From Squalus acanthias (Eukaryota), in contig JASTWF010000367.1 in assembly GCA_030390025.1 (NCBI GenBank), positions 372,001-436,000 on the forward strand: a stretch of DNA of 64,000 bases. Reading direction: 5' to 3'. How positions within the stretch are numbered: the first letter of the stretch is position 1; each line of letters starts with the position of its first letter. Shown in pieces: positions 1 through 11,693 of the stretch. A program made the position numbers and the translations under genes. The notes under the pieces are model-generated. The model was not told the DNA's origin and ran no database searches. It saw only the letters and a list, made by a program, of their open reading frames with translations.

Positions 1-3000
1 CCATCGTGACCAGTGAGAATGTTCCCATCGTGAAAATTGACACTGTGCCCAACGTGACCAGTGAGACTGTGCCCATCGTGGCCACTGAAACGTTGTCCAT
101 ATTGAAAAGTGAGACTGTGCCCATCGTGAAGAGTGATACTGTGCCCATCGTGACCAGTGAGACTGTGCTTATCGTGAGCAATGCGACTGTGCCCATCGTG
201 ACCAGTGAGACTTTGCCTATCGTGAGCAGCGCGAGTGTGCCCAGCTTGTCCAGTGCGAATGTGCCTCCGTCTTCCAACAAGGTAAAGGCTCCATCATCGA
301 CCGAAAACAACAATGTGTTTCCACCCTCCCTGACTGGTAGAGCCATGCAACAGTCATCAGTTGTTACGATGAGATCAATGCTGCTTCCGGCTTTAAATTC
401 AGCGTTGACATTAACTTTTGCGGTGTCTAAAACATCCCAGGACAGTGCTAGAGACGGTTCATCATCTATAAAGCAGATCACACCAGCCCAGGTCAATATA
501 AGAACAGCATCCTCTCTAAATCAGACTACACCATTCCAGGTCAATACAACACGGCCATCATCTATAAATCAGAATACACCATCCCAGGTCAATACAGCAC
601 CACCATCATCTATAAATCAGATTACACCATCCCAGGTCAATACATTACCACCATCATCTATAAATCAGATTACACCATCCCAGGTCAATACATTACCACC
701 ATCATCTATAAATCAGATTACACCATTCCAGGTCAACACAGCACCATCATCATCTATAAATCAGACTACACCATCCCAGGTCAATGCAGCGCCATCATCA
801 TCTATGAATAAGATTACACCATCCCAGGTCAATACAGCTCCATCATCATCTATTAATCAGCTTACACTATCCCAGTTCAGAATATTACCACTCTCATCTA
901 CTAATCAGGCTACAACATTCCAGGTCAGTAGTACAGCACGTTCATCATCTCTAAATCAGGCTTCATCATCCCCAGGCCAGTAGAGTAACAGCTTCATCAT
1001 CTATTAATTAAAAAACATCATCTCTCAATTTCAATAGCAGCTCAATATCTTTAAGCATAGATTATTCTTCCCTGATGAGAAGAGTAGCACCTTCACCAGC
1101 TATTGAATCAGATGCACCTTCTCTGGTCAGTGCAATAACAATCTCACCATCTACTGAATCAGATGCACCTTCTCTGGTCAGTGCAATAACAATATCACCA
1201 TCTACTAAATCAGATACATCTTCTCTGGTCAGTGCAATAACAATCTCAGCATCTACTAAATCAGATGCACCTTCTCTGGTCAGTGCAATAACAATCTCAC
1301 CATATACTAAATCAGATAGATCATCTCTGGTCAGTACAATAACAACGTCACCATCTACTAAATCAGATACATATTCTCTGGTCAATACTATAACAACTTC
1401 AGCATCTACTAATTCAGATACATCTTCTCTGGTAGTACAATAACACCTTCACCATCTACTAAATCAGATACATCTGCTCTGGTCAGTGCAATAACAACCT
1501 CACCATCTACTCAATCAGATATATCTTCTCTGGTCAGTGCAATAACACCTTCACCATCTACTAAATCAGATAAATCTTATCTGCTCAGTACAATAACACT
1601 CTCACCATCTACTAAATGAGAAACACCATCTCTGGTCAGCACAATAACACCTTCACGATCGACACATCAGATACATCTTCTTTGCTCAGTACAATAGCAC
1701 CTTCTCCTTCTACTAAATCTGATACATCTTCTCTGGTCAGTACAATAACACACTCACGTTCTACTAAATCAGATACAGCTTCTCTGGTCAGTACAATAAC
1801 AATCTCACCATCTACTAAATCAGCTACATCGTCTCTGGTCAGTACAATAACACCCTCACTATCTACTCAATCAGATATAACTTCACTGGACTGTCCAATA
1901 ACACCTTCACCATCTACTAAATCAGATACACCTTCTCTGTTCAGTTCAATAACAACTTCACCATCTACTATATCAGATAGAACTTCTCTGGTTAGTAAAA
2001 TAGCACCTTCACCATCTACTAAATCAGATACATCTTCTCTGGTCAGTACAAAAGTACCTTCACTATCTACTTAATCAGATACATCTTCTCTCGTCAGTAC
2101 AATGACACCCGCTCGAACTACTAAATCAGATACATATTCTCTGGTCAGTACAATAACACTCTCACCGTCTACTATTCAGGTACATCTTCTCTGGTCAGTA
2201 CAATAAGACGTTCAACATCTACTAAAGCAGATACTTCTTTTCTGGTTAGTCCAATAACACCTTCACCATCTACTAAATCAGATACATCTTCTCTGGTCAG
2301 TACAATAACACTCTCACTATCTACTAAATCAGATAATTCTTTTCTGGTCAGTACAATAAGACCCGCTCCATTTACTAAATCAGATACATCTTCTCTGGTC
2401 AGTACAATAATACCTTCAACATCTACTAAATCAGATACTTCTTTTCTGGTCAGTACAATAACACCCGCTCCATTTACTAAATCAGATACATCTTCTCTGG
2501 TCAGTACAATAACACTCTCACTATCTACTAAATCGGATATAACTTGACTGGACTGTTCAATAACATCTTCACCATCTACTAAATCAGATACATCTTCTCT
2601 GTTCAGTACAATAACACCCTCTCCATTTAATAATTCAGATACACATTCTCTGGTATGTAAAATTGCACCTTCACCATCTTTCAAATCAGATACATCTTCT
2701 CTGGTCAGTACAATAACAGCTTCAACATCTACTAAATCAGATACATCTTCTCTGTTCATTACAATAACACCTTCACCATCTACTAAATCAGATACGCCTT
2801 CTCTGGTCAGTACAATAACACCCGCTCCATTTACTAAATCAGATACATATTCGCTGGTAAGTAAAATAACACCTTCACCAACTACTAAATCAGATACACC
2901 TTCTCTGTTCAGTACAATAACACCTTTACCATATACTAAACCAGATACATCTTCTCTGGTCAGTACAATAAAACCTTCACCATCTACTAAATCAGATACA

Positions 3001-4075
3001 TCTTCTCTGGTCAGTACAATAAAACCTTCACCATATACTAAATCAGATACATCTTCTCTGGTCAGTACAATAACACCTTCACCTTCTACTAAATTAGATA
3101 CAGCTTCTCTGGTCAGTACAATAACACTCTCACCATCTAATAAATCAGCTACATCTTCTCTGGTCAGTACAATAATACCCTCAGTATCTACTAAATCAGA
3201 CATAACTTCACTGGACTGTTCAATAACATCTTCACCATCTACTAAATCAGATACGTCTTCACTAATCAGTACAATAACGCATTTACCATCTATTAAATCA
3301 GATACATCTTCTCTGGTCAGTACAATAACATTCTCACCATCTACTAAATCAGATGCACCTTCGCTGATCAGTGCAATAAAACCCGCCCCATTTACTAAAT
3401 CAGATACACCTCTGTGGTCAGTGCAATAACACACGATCCATCTACTAAATCAGTTACATAATCTCTGGTCAGTACTATAACACACTCAACATCTAATAAA
3501 CCAGCGACACATTCACTGGTCAGTACAATAACAACATCTTCATCTACTAAATCAGATACATCTTCTCTGGTCAGTACAATAACACTTTCAACATCAACTA
3601 AATCAGATACACCTCTCTGGTCAGTGCAATAACACACGCTCCATTTACTAAATCAGATACATCTTCTCTGGTCAGTACAATAGCACCCTCACCATCTACT
3701 AAATCAGTTACACCTTCTCTATTCAGTCCAATAACACTCTTACCATCTACTAAATCAGAAACATCTTCTCTGATCAGTGCAATAACACTCTCACCTTGTA
3801 CAAAATGATACATCTTCTCTGGTCAGTAAAATAGCACCTTCACCATCTATTAAAGCAGATACATATTCTCTGGTCAGTACAATAACACTTTCATCATCTA
3901 CTAAATCAGATACATATTCTCTGGTCAGTACAATAACACTTTCATCATCTACTAAATCAGATACATCTTCTCTGGTCAGTACAATAACACCTTCACCACC
4001 TACTAAATCAGATACATCTTCTCTGGTCATATCAGCCTGTGTAACGTCATTAGAGGATGCGAATAACTGTTACAG
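1..4075 (+). pseudogene. Mucin-like (Pro/Thr/Ser-rich) tandem-repeat exon, disrupted; 5' end outside window
   Basis: Successive repeat units of 24, 48 and 51 bp (all multiples of 3) encode PIVTSETV, PSSINQITPSQVNTAP and STKSDTSSLVSTITPSP. Stops at 981-983, 2072-2074 and ~2545 plus several frameshifts. Non-repetitive tail ends at a possible donor ACAG|GTGAAT (4075/4076). Parent gene not identifiable. Confidence 0.5.
1090..4030 (+). repeat. 51-bp tandem minisatellite array (~57 units)
   Basis: Consensus tctactaaatcagatacatcttctctggtcagtacaataacaccttcacca; period measured e.g. 1151 to 1202. Confidence 0.95.
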
Positions 4076-4529
4076 GTGAATCAATTCCCTAAATATTTAG
4101 TCTTATTACTCCATTACCTTTTACACATTTACCAAGTGCATCATTGCTGCCAAATTGACACAATACCCTGAATGAAATGGGCGTTTTCGGATTTTCGCAG
4201 CCTGATTTATAGGTCGATTTCTATTTGAAATAAACTATCAGTTTTTCCTTGTATAATCAAAGTTTTAGTTTTGAAATACAACATGATAAACTATATTAAA
4301 ATAAAATATCAGCGTTTGAAGATGGCGTGCATTGTCTTCTTGGCAGTACAGGAAAATTAATTCAGTAGGTTATTTGCCTTTTATTTATAATGGGTTTCTA
4401 AATAATTTCAAACCTTATGAGTAGCAATAGGAAGAAAATAAATAAATAAATACATTTATGTTGCTTTAATTGTGAAGTTAAACCAGAAAATGCTGCAAAC
4501 ATTCAGCATCTGTGGATACACACACACAA

Positions 4530-5100
4530 CAACAATAACAAATTGCATTTAAGCAGCGACTTTAATGTAATGGAACGTGCAAGGCATCCACAGGATCGTC
4601 ATCAGACAAGAATCTAACACCAAGACATATAAAGAGATAATAGGACAGATGATGAAAAGCTTGATCAAATAGGCAGGTATTAAGGAGTGTTTTAAAGACG
4701 GAAAGAGAGAGTCAGAGAGCGGAGAGGTTTAGGGAGGGAATTTCAGAGCTTAGGACCTCGGCAGCTGAAGGCACGAATGCCAATGGTGGAACGACTGGAA
4801 TCAGGGAAGCGCAAGAGGCCCGAATTGGTCGAGTGCAGAGGTCTCGGAGAGTTGTAGAACTAGAGGAGGTAACTGAGATAGGGAAGGGCGCCGCCATGGA
4901 GGCATTTGAAAAAAAAAGATGAGAATTTTAAAATCGATGTGTTGCCTGACCGGGAGCCAATATAGGTGAGCGAGCACAGGGGTGATGGGCGAACGGGACT
5001 TGGCGCGAGTTAGGAAACGGGCAACAGATTTTTGGATGAACTCAAGTTCACGGAGATTGCAAGATGGGATGTTGGCCAGGACAGCTTTGAAAAGGCACGT
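4530..5100 (-). mobile_element. L2-type LINE 3' fragment
   Basis: Minus-strand translation IQKSVARFLTRAKSRSPITPVLAHLYWLPVRQHIDFKIL is the typical L2 ORF2 C-terminus; similar copies at 52625-53450 and 46740-47820. Confidence 0.85.
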
Positions 5101-5239
5101 TAATACTTCAATGCTTAGCCTCAGACAACATTTCAATTTGCTTCCAGGGAGAATTTGAAATTGAGCAACACATGGGAGTCCGAGAGACTGAGCAGCGGAC
5201 TGTGTTCATTGAACAGTTCGCTGTCCATCTGGTTTAGTG

Positions 5240-5660
5240 ACATAGAGTTACATAGTGTTTATAGCACAGAAAGAACCCACTCGGCCTAACTGGCCGGTGT
5301 CGGCATTTATGCTCCAGACGAGCCTCTTCCAACCCCTCTTCATTTCATCCTGCCTGCATATCCTTTTATTCTTTCTGTCTCTTGTGCTTATACAGCTTCC
5401 CCTAAAATGCATGCATACTAATTGCCTCAAATACTCAATATTATAGCAAGATCCACATTCTAACCAAACTCTGGGTAAATAAGTTGCTCCTGAATTCCCT
5501 ATTGGATTTATTTGTGACTATCTTATATTGATGGCTCCTAGTTATGGACTATTCGATAAGTGAAAACATTTTCTCTCCATCTACTCTATCGAACCTTTCA
5601 TAATCTTAAAGACTCTTATCAGGTCACCCCTCGGCCTTCTCTATTCTGGAGAAAGCCTTG
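5240..5660 (-). mobile_element. CR1-type LINE 3' fragment
   Basis: Closely similar to the 3' end of the CR1 copy at 34070-34500. Confidence 0.75.
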
Positions 5661-7163
5661 GGCAGTACAGTCATCAAACTCTGTGAAGATCCGGAAAGTA
5701 GTTGGACTGTCCTCTCCTGATGGTGCTGCGCTCCACATTGCTATAACTTCCCATCCTAGTTGAATGCGATTCTGTAATTGTAGTAAGGTTGCATCAAGAG
5801 CAATTTAAAAATTGTTAGATATACATTACAATTTTCTCAGGTCACATTAATGCTTTAGAATATAATGCAGTATATGGATTTCTGCTGGTCGTTACTGACA
5901 TCATAAACACGTAGGGAGGAATTTCTAAATTCCCTGATTCAAGCAATACGTATAAAAACGTTTTGAAAGCAGGCTTTCATGATTTTATTAGTAATAGCAA
6001 TCAGTGGAAACTATCCTACCACGTGCACGATGATGCTAACATGTAAGATAAAGGAAATATAATTTCATAAATTTTTATCTCAGTTATTTATTCTGTCCAC
6101 ATGCTTTAAAAAAGTAATGCGGAAAAATAAAGCCCATTTCTGTCGATTGATGGATTGTTTCCATTGAGTAATTATTCTCCAATTGTTCTTAACATGACAG
6201 TTTGGACTTGTTAGCAAGGTCAAGTCAACTGGCGAGGGTGTTGATTCATTAATATTTCACTGCTGAATGGGACAAGGCTGAGGGATGTTCCCACTCACCA
6301 TTGTTCAAACGCATAAGGGTGTGAATCTAATCAAGGCCGCGTACACTTTTCTGATAATAATTAGATATCGATGTCAAGGAAGTACTCGGGAGGTTAGCGT
6401 TGAATAGGATCCCTAAATTTATCAAACGTCGACTTAAAAGTGAAAAATATGAAGCATTTGAATTGTGAGCTCATGAATTTGATTCTTTCTGAGTCATCGC
6501 CAGTAATCATGGGTGACTAGTCAAGGAGCACATGCATCAGAGAGGAGGTAAAAATGTCCCTACTCTGCCTGAACTTTACATACAATACCTCAACATCATG
6601 TTAGTATCCCGGTTACAGTGAAGGTGATCAAGGTGGTTACTTTACGAAGGAATTATTAGCCGAGTAAATATTTAGGGCCATCTAGTTCGCCTTCGACCAT
6701 CCTGGGATTCACACGATACCGCGATAATGGAGTTGTTGACTGGTAATTGCAATCGATCTTTATTAATTAGTTTACAACAGACCCAGACATGAGGTGAGGA
6801 AAACGCTCAGTGGTAGAGAGCTTTGGGTATCATAGGTTCAAAATATTACCTGTTTCTCCCAAGCATGCTACACCTACCACAGAAACATGTCTAAAATTAC
6901 CCATATACTCTATCCCAAAGTTTGATATTATGAAAGAAATCTATCTAATTTTATTCAATATATCAATACTAATTACTCCCTCCGTCTCCCTCGGGACCCT
7001 GTTGAATAGATTAACCACTCGCTCACTGAAATGTTGATTAGGCAGATTAGTTTTGAATTTAACCCCTTCAAGTGCAGGTCATATCCTCTGGCTCTACTGC
7101 CTTGCACAAGGTGAACTGGTTTGTCACGGTCAACTTTATCTAGTCCCATTAGGACCCTAAAAG

Positions 7164-8330
7164 TGTGGGCTTCGCAAAATCCCCCAGAAACTCGAACAGA
7201 GCCCTAAAGGGAGTGATTTTTGGACTTTTCATACAAACTTGGGATGATGGGGCCTAAGTGAAGTGATTTGATGTAAAAACCTAAAGATCATGGAACAAAA
7301 ACCTGAGGAAACTGATTTTTTTTAATCTTATTGTTGGGAGAGACATTTTTTCACAGACACAAGCTGCGAGGGGCGTGGCCGGTCAGTGAACAGATCAAGC
7401 TGTCTGGGAATTGTTTGAGACAAAGCAAAACTCATAAACACATTCAAATATGGATCCCCAGGGGCAAACAAGATGCTGGAAATCTAAAAACGATTCAATG
7501 ACAGTATAACTTCGATCACACAGTTTCATAGCCATTATCCCATCAAAAAAAACCAATCAACCAGGTATCCAGAGAATAGGTTTAAAAGCCCGCCAACAGA
7601 AGGACAATAGGGTGGAGATTTGGTGCGTAGATAAGGCTGCGTTTTAAATCGGGAAACGAAAAACACGAAGCAAAAACCATCGAAACTGGCAAGCCCGCCA
7701 AAAACTAGACAATTGGACTAAGCAAGGGTCATTTACAATCAAAAATGAATTCGTTTTAGTAAGGGGTTTTTGGGCGGAAAAAAGAAACAGTATAATTTGA
7801 GAGCCTGTACCATAATTTCTCTCTCTTTCGGACTGACTGACGACGCGGACACAGCTCTCTCCCTGCTCCAGCAAAACTTACCACAAGCCACGAGGAAGAA
7901 GGCCAGAAGACCAGCACGCAAGAAGAAATCAGAGCGACTGCCTCAGTGACCATCAGACACCTCGCAGCAACAAGGGCCTTACGGAGTCCTTTTAAACAAA
8001 AGACTCTAATATGCTGTCAAGGATTCGTTGGTGAGCATTATCCCTGATCTCCTGATCCCAAAAACCTAGCCAGATAGTGGGATCTTTGGGAGGGATAAGG
8101 TTTTGTTTGATATATTGTCATTTCCCTCGCTTGTACCGTGTGTTCCCCGAATCTGTGTTTAAGTAATAAGTGTGTTTCAAGTTTGCTACCTTTTTCTTTT
8201 AATAAAGTAAAATTCTTTCATCAGAACCAGTTTACTGCAATTTTGTTCACAACCCCTAAATAAGCCCAAAGTCTAGGAACCGGAGGGGTGTTGGAGCGAT
8301 TCGAACCGCTCACTTAAGATACCCCTTACA
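7164..8330 (+). repeat. 5' LTR
   Basis: Starts tgtgggcttcgcaaaatccccc, ends gataccccttaca; aligns end to end with 14329-15514. TATA-like gtataatt ~7790, AATAAA 8201-8206, donor-like TTG|GTGAGC at 8031. Confidence 0.95.
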
Positions 8331-8334
8331 TAAA

Positions 8335-8352
8335 TGGCGACCGCGGGGGGCA
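8335..8352 (+). promoter_or_regulatory. Primer-binding site, probably tRNA-Arg
   Basis: TGGCGACCGCGGGGGG begins 4 nt after the LTR end; resembles the complement of a vertebrate tRNA-Arg 3' end (TGGCGACCACGAAGGG, from memory) with differences compatible with G:U pairing. Confidence 0.7.
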
Positions 8353-8409
8353 GGACTTTGGCGAAAGGGTTGTGAAGCAGTAAATGCTGGTTTTGAGTAG
8401 AGAACAAAA

Positions 8410-10141
8410 ATGGAAGAGAGGATGTCATCCTATGTATATAAAAAAGTAAATATCACCAAGAAATGGGTCCTCAGGCTGTTGCATGTTGAACACTGCAGCT
8501 GCATGGACTGAGAGCAAGGAATACAATAAGTCTGTGGAGAAAGCCATATGGTTGGTCTGCTCCCAGAAACAAATGCAGCTTATGGGGAAGCGCATTCAGT
8601 CTCTCACAGAAGAGCTAAAGGAAGAAAGCCAACTATCCCGTGCCAGAGCTATAGCAGGGGATAGGTTGTTAGCAGAGCTCGGCACAAAAGATCAGGAACA
8701 GTCACAGATGCTGGAGGAATACCGTGCCAGTAAGGGATACCTCCAGTGTCAGGCCACCGAGGCCAAAAGTAGTGAACTGGCATTGCGGGAAGTGAACACC
8801 CGCCTTGCCAAGCAATTAAGGGAACTCACAGAGAAGTTAACGATGTTCAGGCAGCCTATATAGTAGCCAGTACAAGGGAGTTTGAGGTAGGGGACCACGG
8901 CCCCTGTCAGAAGCAGATTGAGAGTCTGAACCTTGCTCTGTCCAAGCCAAAAGGCATGCTGTGCCTAATAAACCCGGGTGCGGCCCAGGCAGACCTGGAA
9001 GAGCAGGGGGAGACTGTTCGACCACCACCTGTGGCGCCAAGGAGAAGATTGGTTAGGCAGCAGGAGGTGCAGACAATCTGTGAGCCTGACAGGGAGTGCA
9101 CACCAGCACCTGTTGCGCCGAGTTTTGACTCGGTCTGGCAGCAGCGAGAGGGTTGCGAACCGATGCAGGAGAAGTCGGAGCCAGGGCCAATGTGCCCAGC
9201 ACGACTGCAAAAATTCGGCCCGCCCGCCGGTGGTGGAGGTCTGGGACCCCTTGAAAGTCAATTATTGGCTCCCCACGGTACACAACAGCTTAGGGCTATG
9301 GTAAGCCACCTGAGTAAACTTACCCAAAAGGAAGACCCCTCAGTCCACTTCATGGAGGTGGAACAATCAGCAGCCATTAACGATTGTGACAATGCCGAAT
9401 TGGCAAATTTGCTGCTGTTCTCATTAGAAGGCAAATTGTAACAGTCACTCTCTACTGAGAGCAAGAGAGGACAGACCGGATATGCTGCCGTAAGGGAGGA
9501 AGTATTAGAGGCCATGGGAATGACTGAGGGAAGTCCTTTCTCCCGGGTGGAGAGAACAGTGCAGCTCGCAGGGGAGACCGCACAGACTTTCGCAGACAGG
9601 CTGTGGCTGGTGTACAGGGGTGCTTGTAATGGGGCTCTCGACAGGGCTAACCTGAACAGGGGCGAGCTGGCCCACTGGCTCCGTAGCCTAGTGGCAAACA
9701 GCTAGCCACGAGGAAAAGCCAAGGCTGAGTTTTGGTTTGACCCAAGAGATCCCCGGGTCACCGAGGAGGCAGTGGTCAGGCAACTGACCCGAGCCTACCG
9801 GAACGGTAGGGGAGCTGAAGACACCCCAACGAAAGGGAAGGTGCATGAGATAAAGCCCAGTCAGGATAAGAAGGAGTGCCACCAGGAAGGTGGTAAACCT
9901 TCTGACACGAAGCGTAGCTGCTTCGGGTGCGGGAAGACTGGGCACTGGAGAAAGGACTGTAGGAATCCCTGGAAGGATTGCCTAGCAAAGAAGTCCCCAA
10001 CTCCTGCCCCAAAAGTAGACCTCTTCCCCCACACTGGACACAATAGTAGCGGCCATCAGAGTCCTGTTTGATGGCCCAGGGAAGGTGGCTACAGCCACTG
10101 GTGAATTAATCCCATCTGCCCCCCCTAAAGCAGACCTATGA
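8410..10141 (+). pseudogene. gag: gag (coiled-coil N-terminus, capsid-like region, CX2CX4HX4C zinc knuckle, C-terminal PSAP)
   Basis: ATG 8410; pieces in ORFs 8483-8863, 8956-9441, 9514-9705, 9772-10071. MHR-like QLAGETAQTFADRL; CFGCGKTGHWRKDC at ~9919-9960. Two in-frame stops (9439, 9703) and at least three frameshifts. Probable true tail ...GELIPSAPPKADL* ends at TGA 10139-10141. Confidence 0.85.
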
Positions 10142-11423
10142 CTGGAACCAGCGCAGCCTGTCTACCTGTGTTCCCCGGGATACGATGTTAAGAAGTGGGT
10201 GGAGAAAATACAGGGGAGATGTTTGGTGGACACCGGAGCTGCCAGCATGGTGGTCCATTCAGAAGAGCTGACTAATTCACCCAGGTTTAACGGGGTCCGC
10301 TACAGTTTAATGGGAGTCAAAGGGAACGAGCAGGCTGGGGCAATGTCCAAACCTTTGGACATAGATTTAGGATACCTCCATACCACGTGGGACGGGTAAC
10401 CAAAAGGCTGACAAGTTGGCCAAGCAGGGGGCCAGGGAAGGAGAGTTATGGGATCCCTATAAAGCAGGTCCGGTAGCTGCAATCCGGGACAAGGGAGGCA
10501 CACAGGGGGTAGCTTTGCCCCCGGAATTAAAGCAGGTCCAAACCCAGAATCCCGTCTTTAAGGCCGGCCTGGTAAAGAGAGAGACTGTGGAGTCCCTAGT
10601 AGGTCCGTTCAGGCCAGAGGACGAGATTTTTAAACAGGTCCACTGGCAGGCTGCGAGTAACTTGGGAAAACAGCAGCGGGGTAACCGATTGCTGCTGGAA
10701 CCCCGCAAGCACCACGAGTGGGAGGTTGGAGATCAGGTCATGGTGAGAAATTTTGCCCGGGTAGGGAGTTTCGAACCATTGTACATGGGGCCCTACAACA
10801 TTGTAGACAAGGCAAGCCCCATGGTCTATGCCATAAAGATGCCCCGCCGTACAAAGTGGTTTCACATCAACCAATGCAAACTGTTTAAACCTAAAAGGGA
10901 ACAGCCGGCAAAGCTGGATGGCCCCCAAGTTAGAAATCCGCAGCCAGCCGCAACTGTGGCAGACTCACAAGCTGCAGCGGGAGGGACAGTGCGTTGTCTC
11001 CCAGGAGAGGTCACTCCACCGATTATGTGGGACTCAAGCACACCCCCAGTGGCCAGAGCCCTAAGAAGGTCTCCCCGCACACCACAGCAAAGGCTACTGT
11101 GGCCACAGGTGTATCTGTTTAGAGGGTCCCACCCAAAGAGGGTTGCAACCCGAAGAAGAGCGCACAAGTGCAGGGAGCGTTCTAAAGTTGGGGATTCCCA
11201 GCCTACAGCCTCCAACAGTGAGGGTTTCACAGGAGAGGTAGTACTGGAAGCAGAGAGAGAGAAGGGTCCCCCGCCCGCAGCCTCAGGCTGGGAGGAGCCC
11301 ACAGATATGAACGAGGGCGCTGCAGCCACACAAAAGGTGTTAGTGTGCTGCAGCACAGGACGCAGCTGGGATGTTAAGATACACCCAGCGGTTTTGAGGA
11401 AGGCCTTCTGGGTCCGGCGGTAA
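10142..11423 (+). pseudogene. pol: pro-pol remnant: protease N-part, RNase H C-terminal helix, integrase C-terminal domain; RT and integrase core deleted
   Basis: CLVDTGAASMVV (aspartic protease); GNQKADKLAKQGA at 10395-10433; WEVGDQVMVR...YMGPYNIV...WFHINQCK (integrase GPY/F C-terminal domain). No YXDD, HHCC or DDE motifs, and only ~1.3 kb of sequence available. Confidence 0.88.
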
Positions 11424-11693
11424 AGGCCGCACTACACCCAGGTGTATAAGCCATCCAGAGGTCACATAAGGCAGAGACTAAACAGGATTTAACCTGGCCG
11501 TCTGGAGACGGGCGGCAAATGTACAGAATTTTCGGTTTTAAGTAATTGCAGTTTTGGTGGTTATGGGTTAGCATTAGTTTAGTTGTTTGCAGAGTTTTTT
11601 TAAGTTTAAGGGCTTGATTAATTATCCAGCCAGAGACCCTTTCTGGGACATGGATATATGTTTTGTGTGTGCCCCTACAGAAAGGACTTCGGA

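Noticed and set aside
2172..3434. 420-aa minus-strand ORF of DVSDLVDGEGVIVLTRE repeats, and neighbouring similar ORFs
   Set aside because: Antisense shadow of the 51-bp repeat; stop-free only because the unit lacks stops in that frame.
11658..11693. ORF-track start of env at 11658
   Set aside because: Lies inside the splice-acceptor tract; ATG 11694 gives a proper signal peptide.
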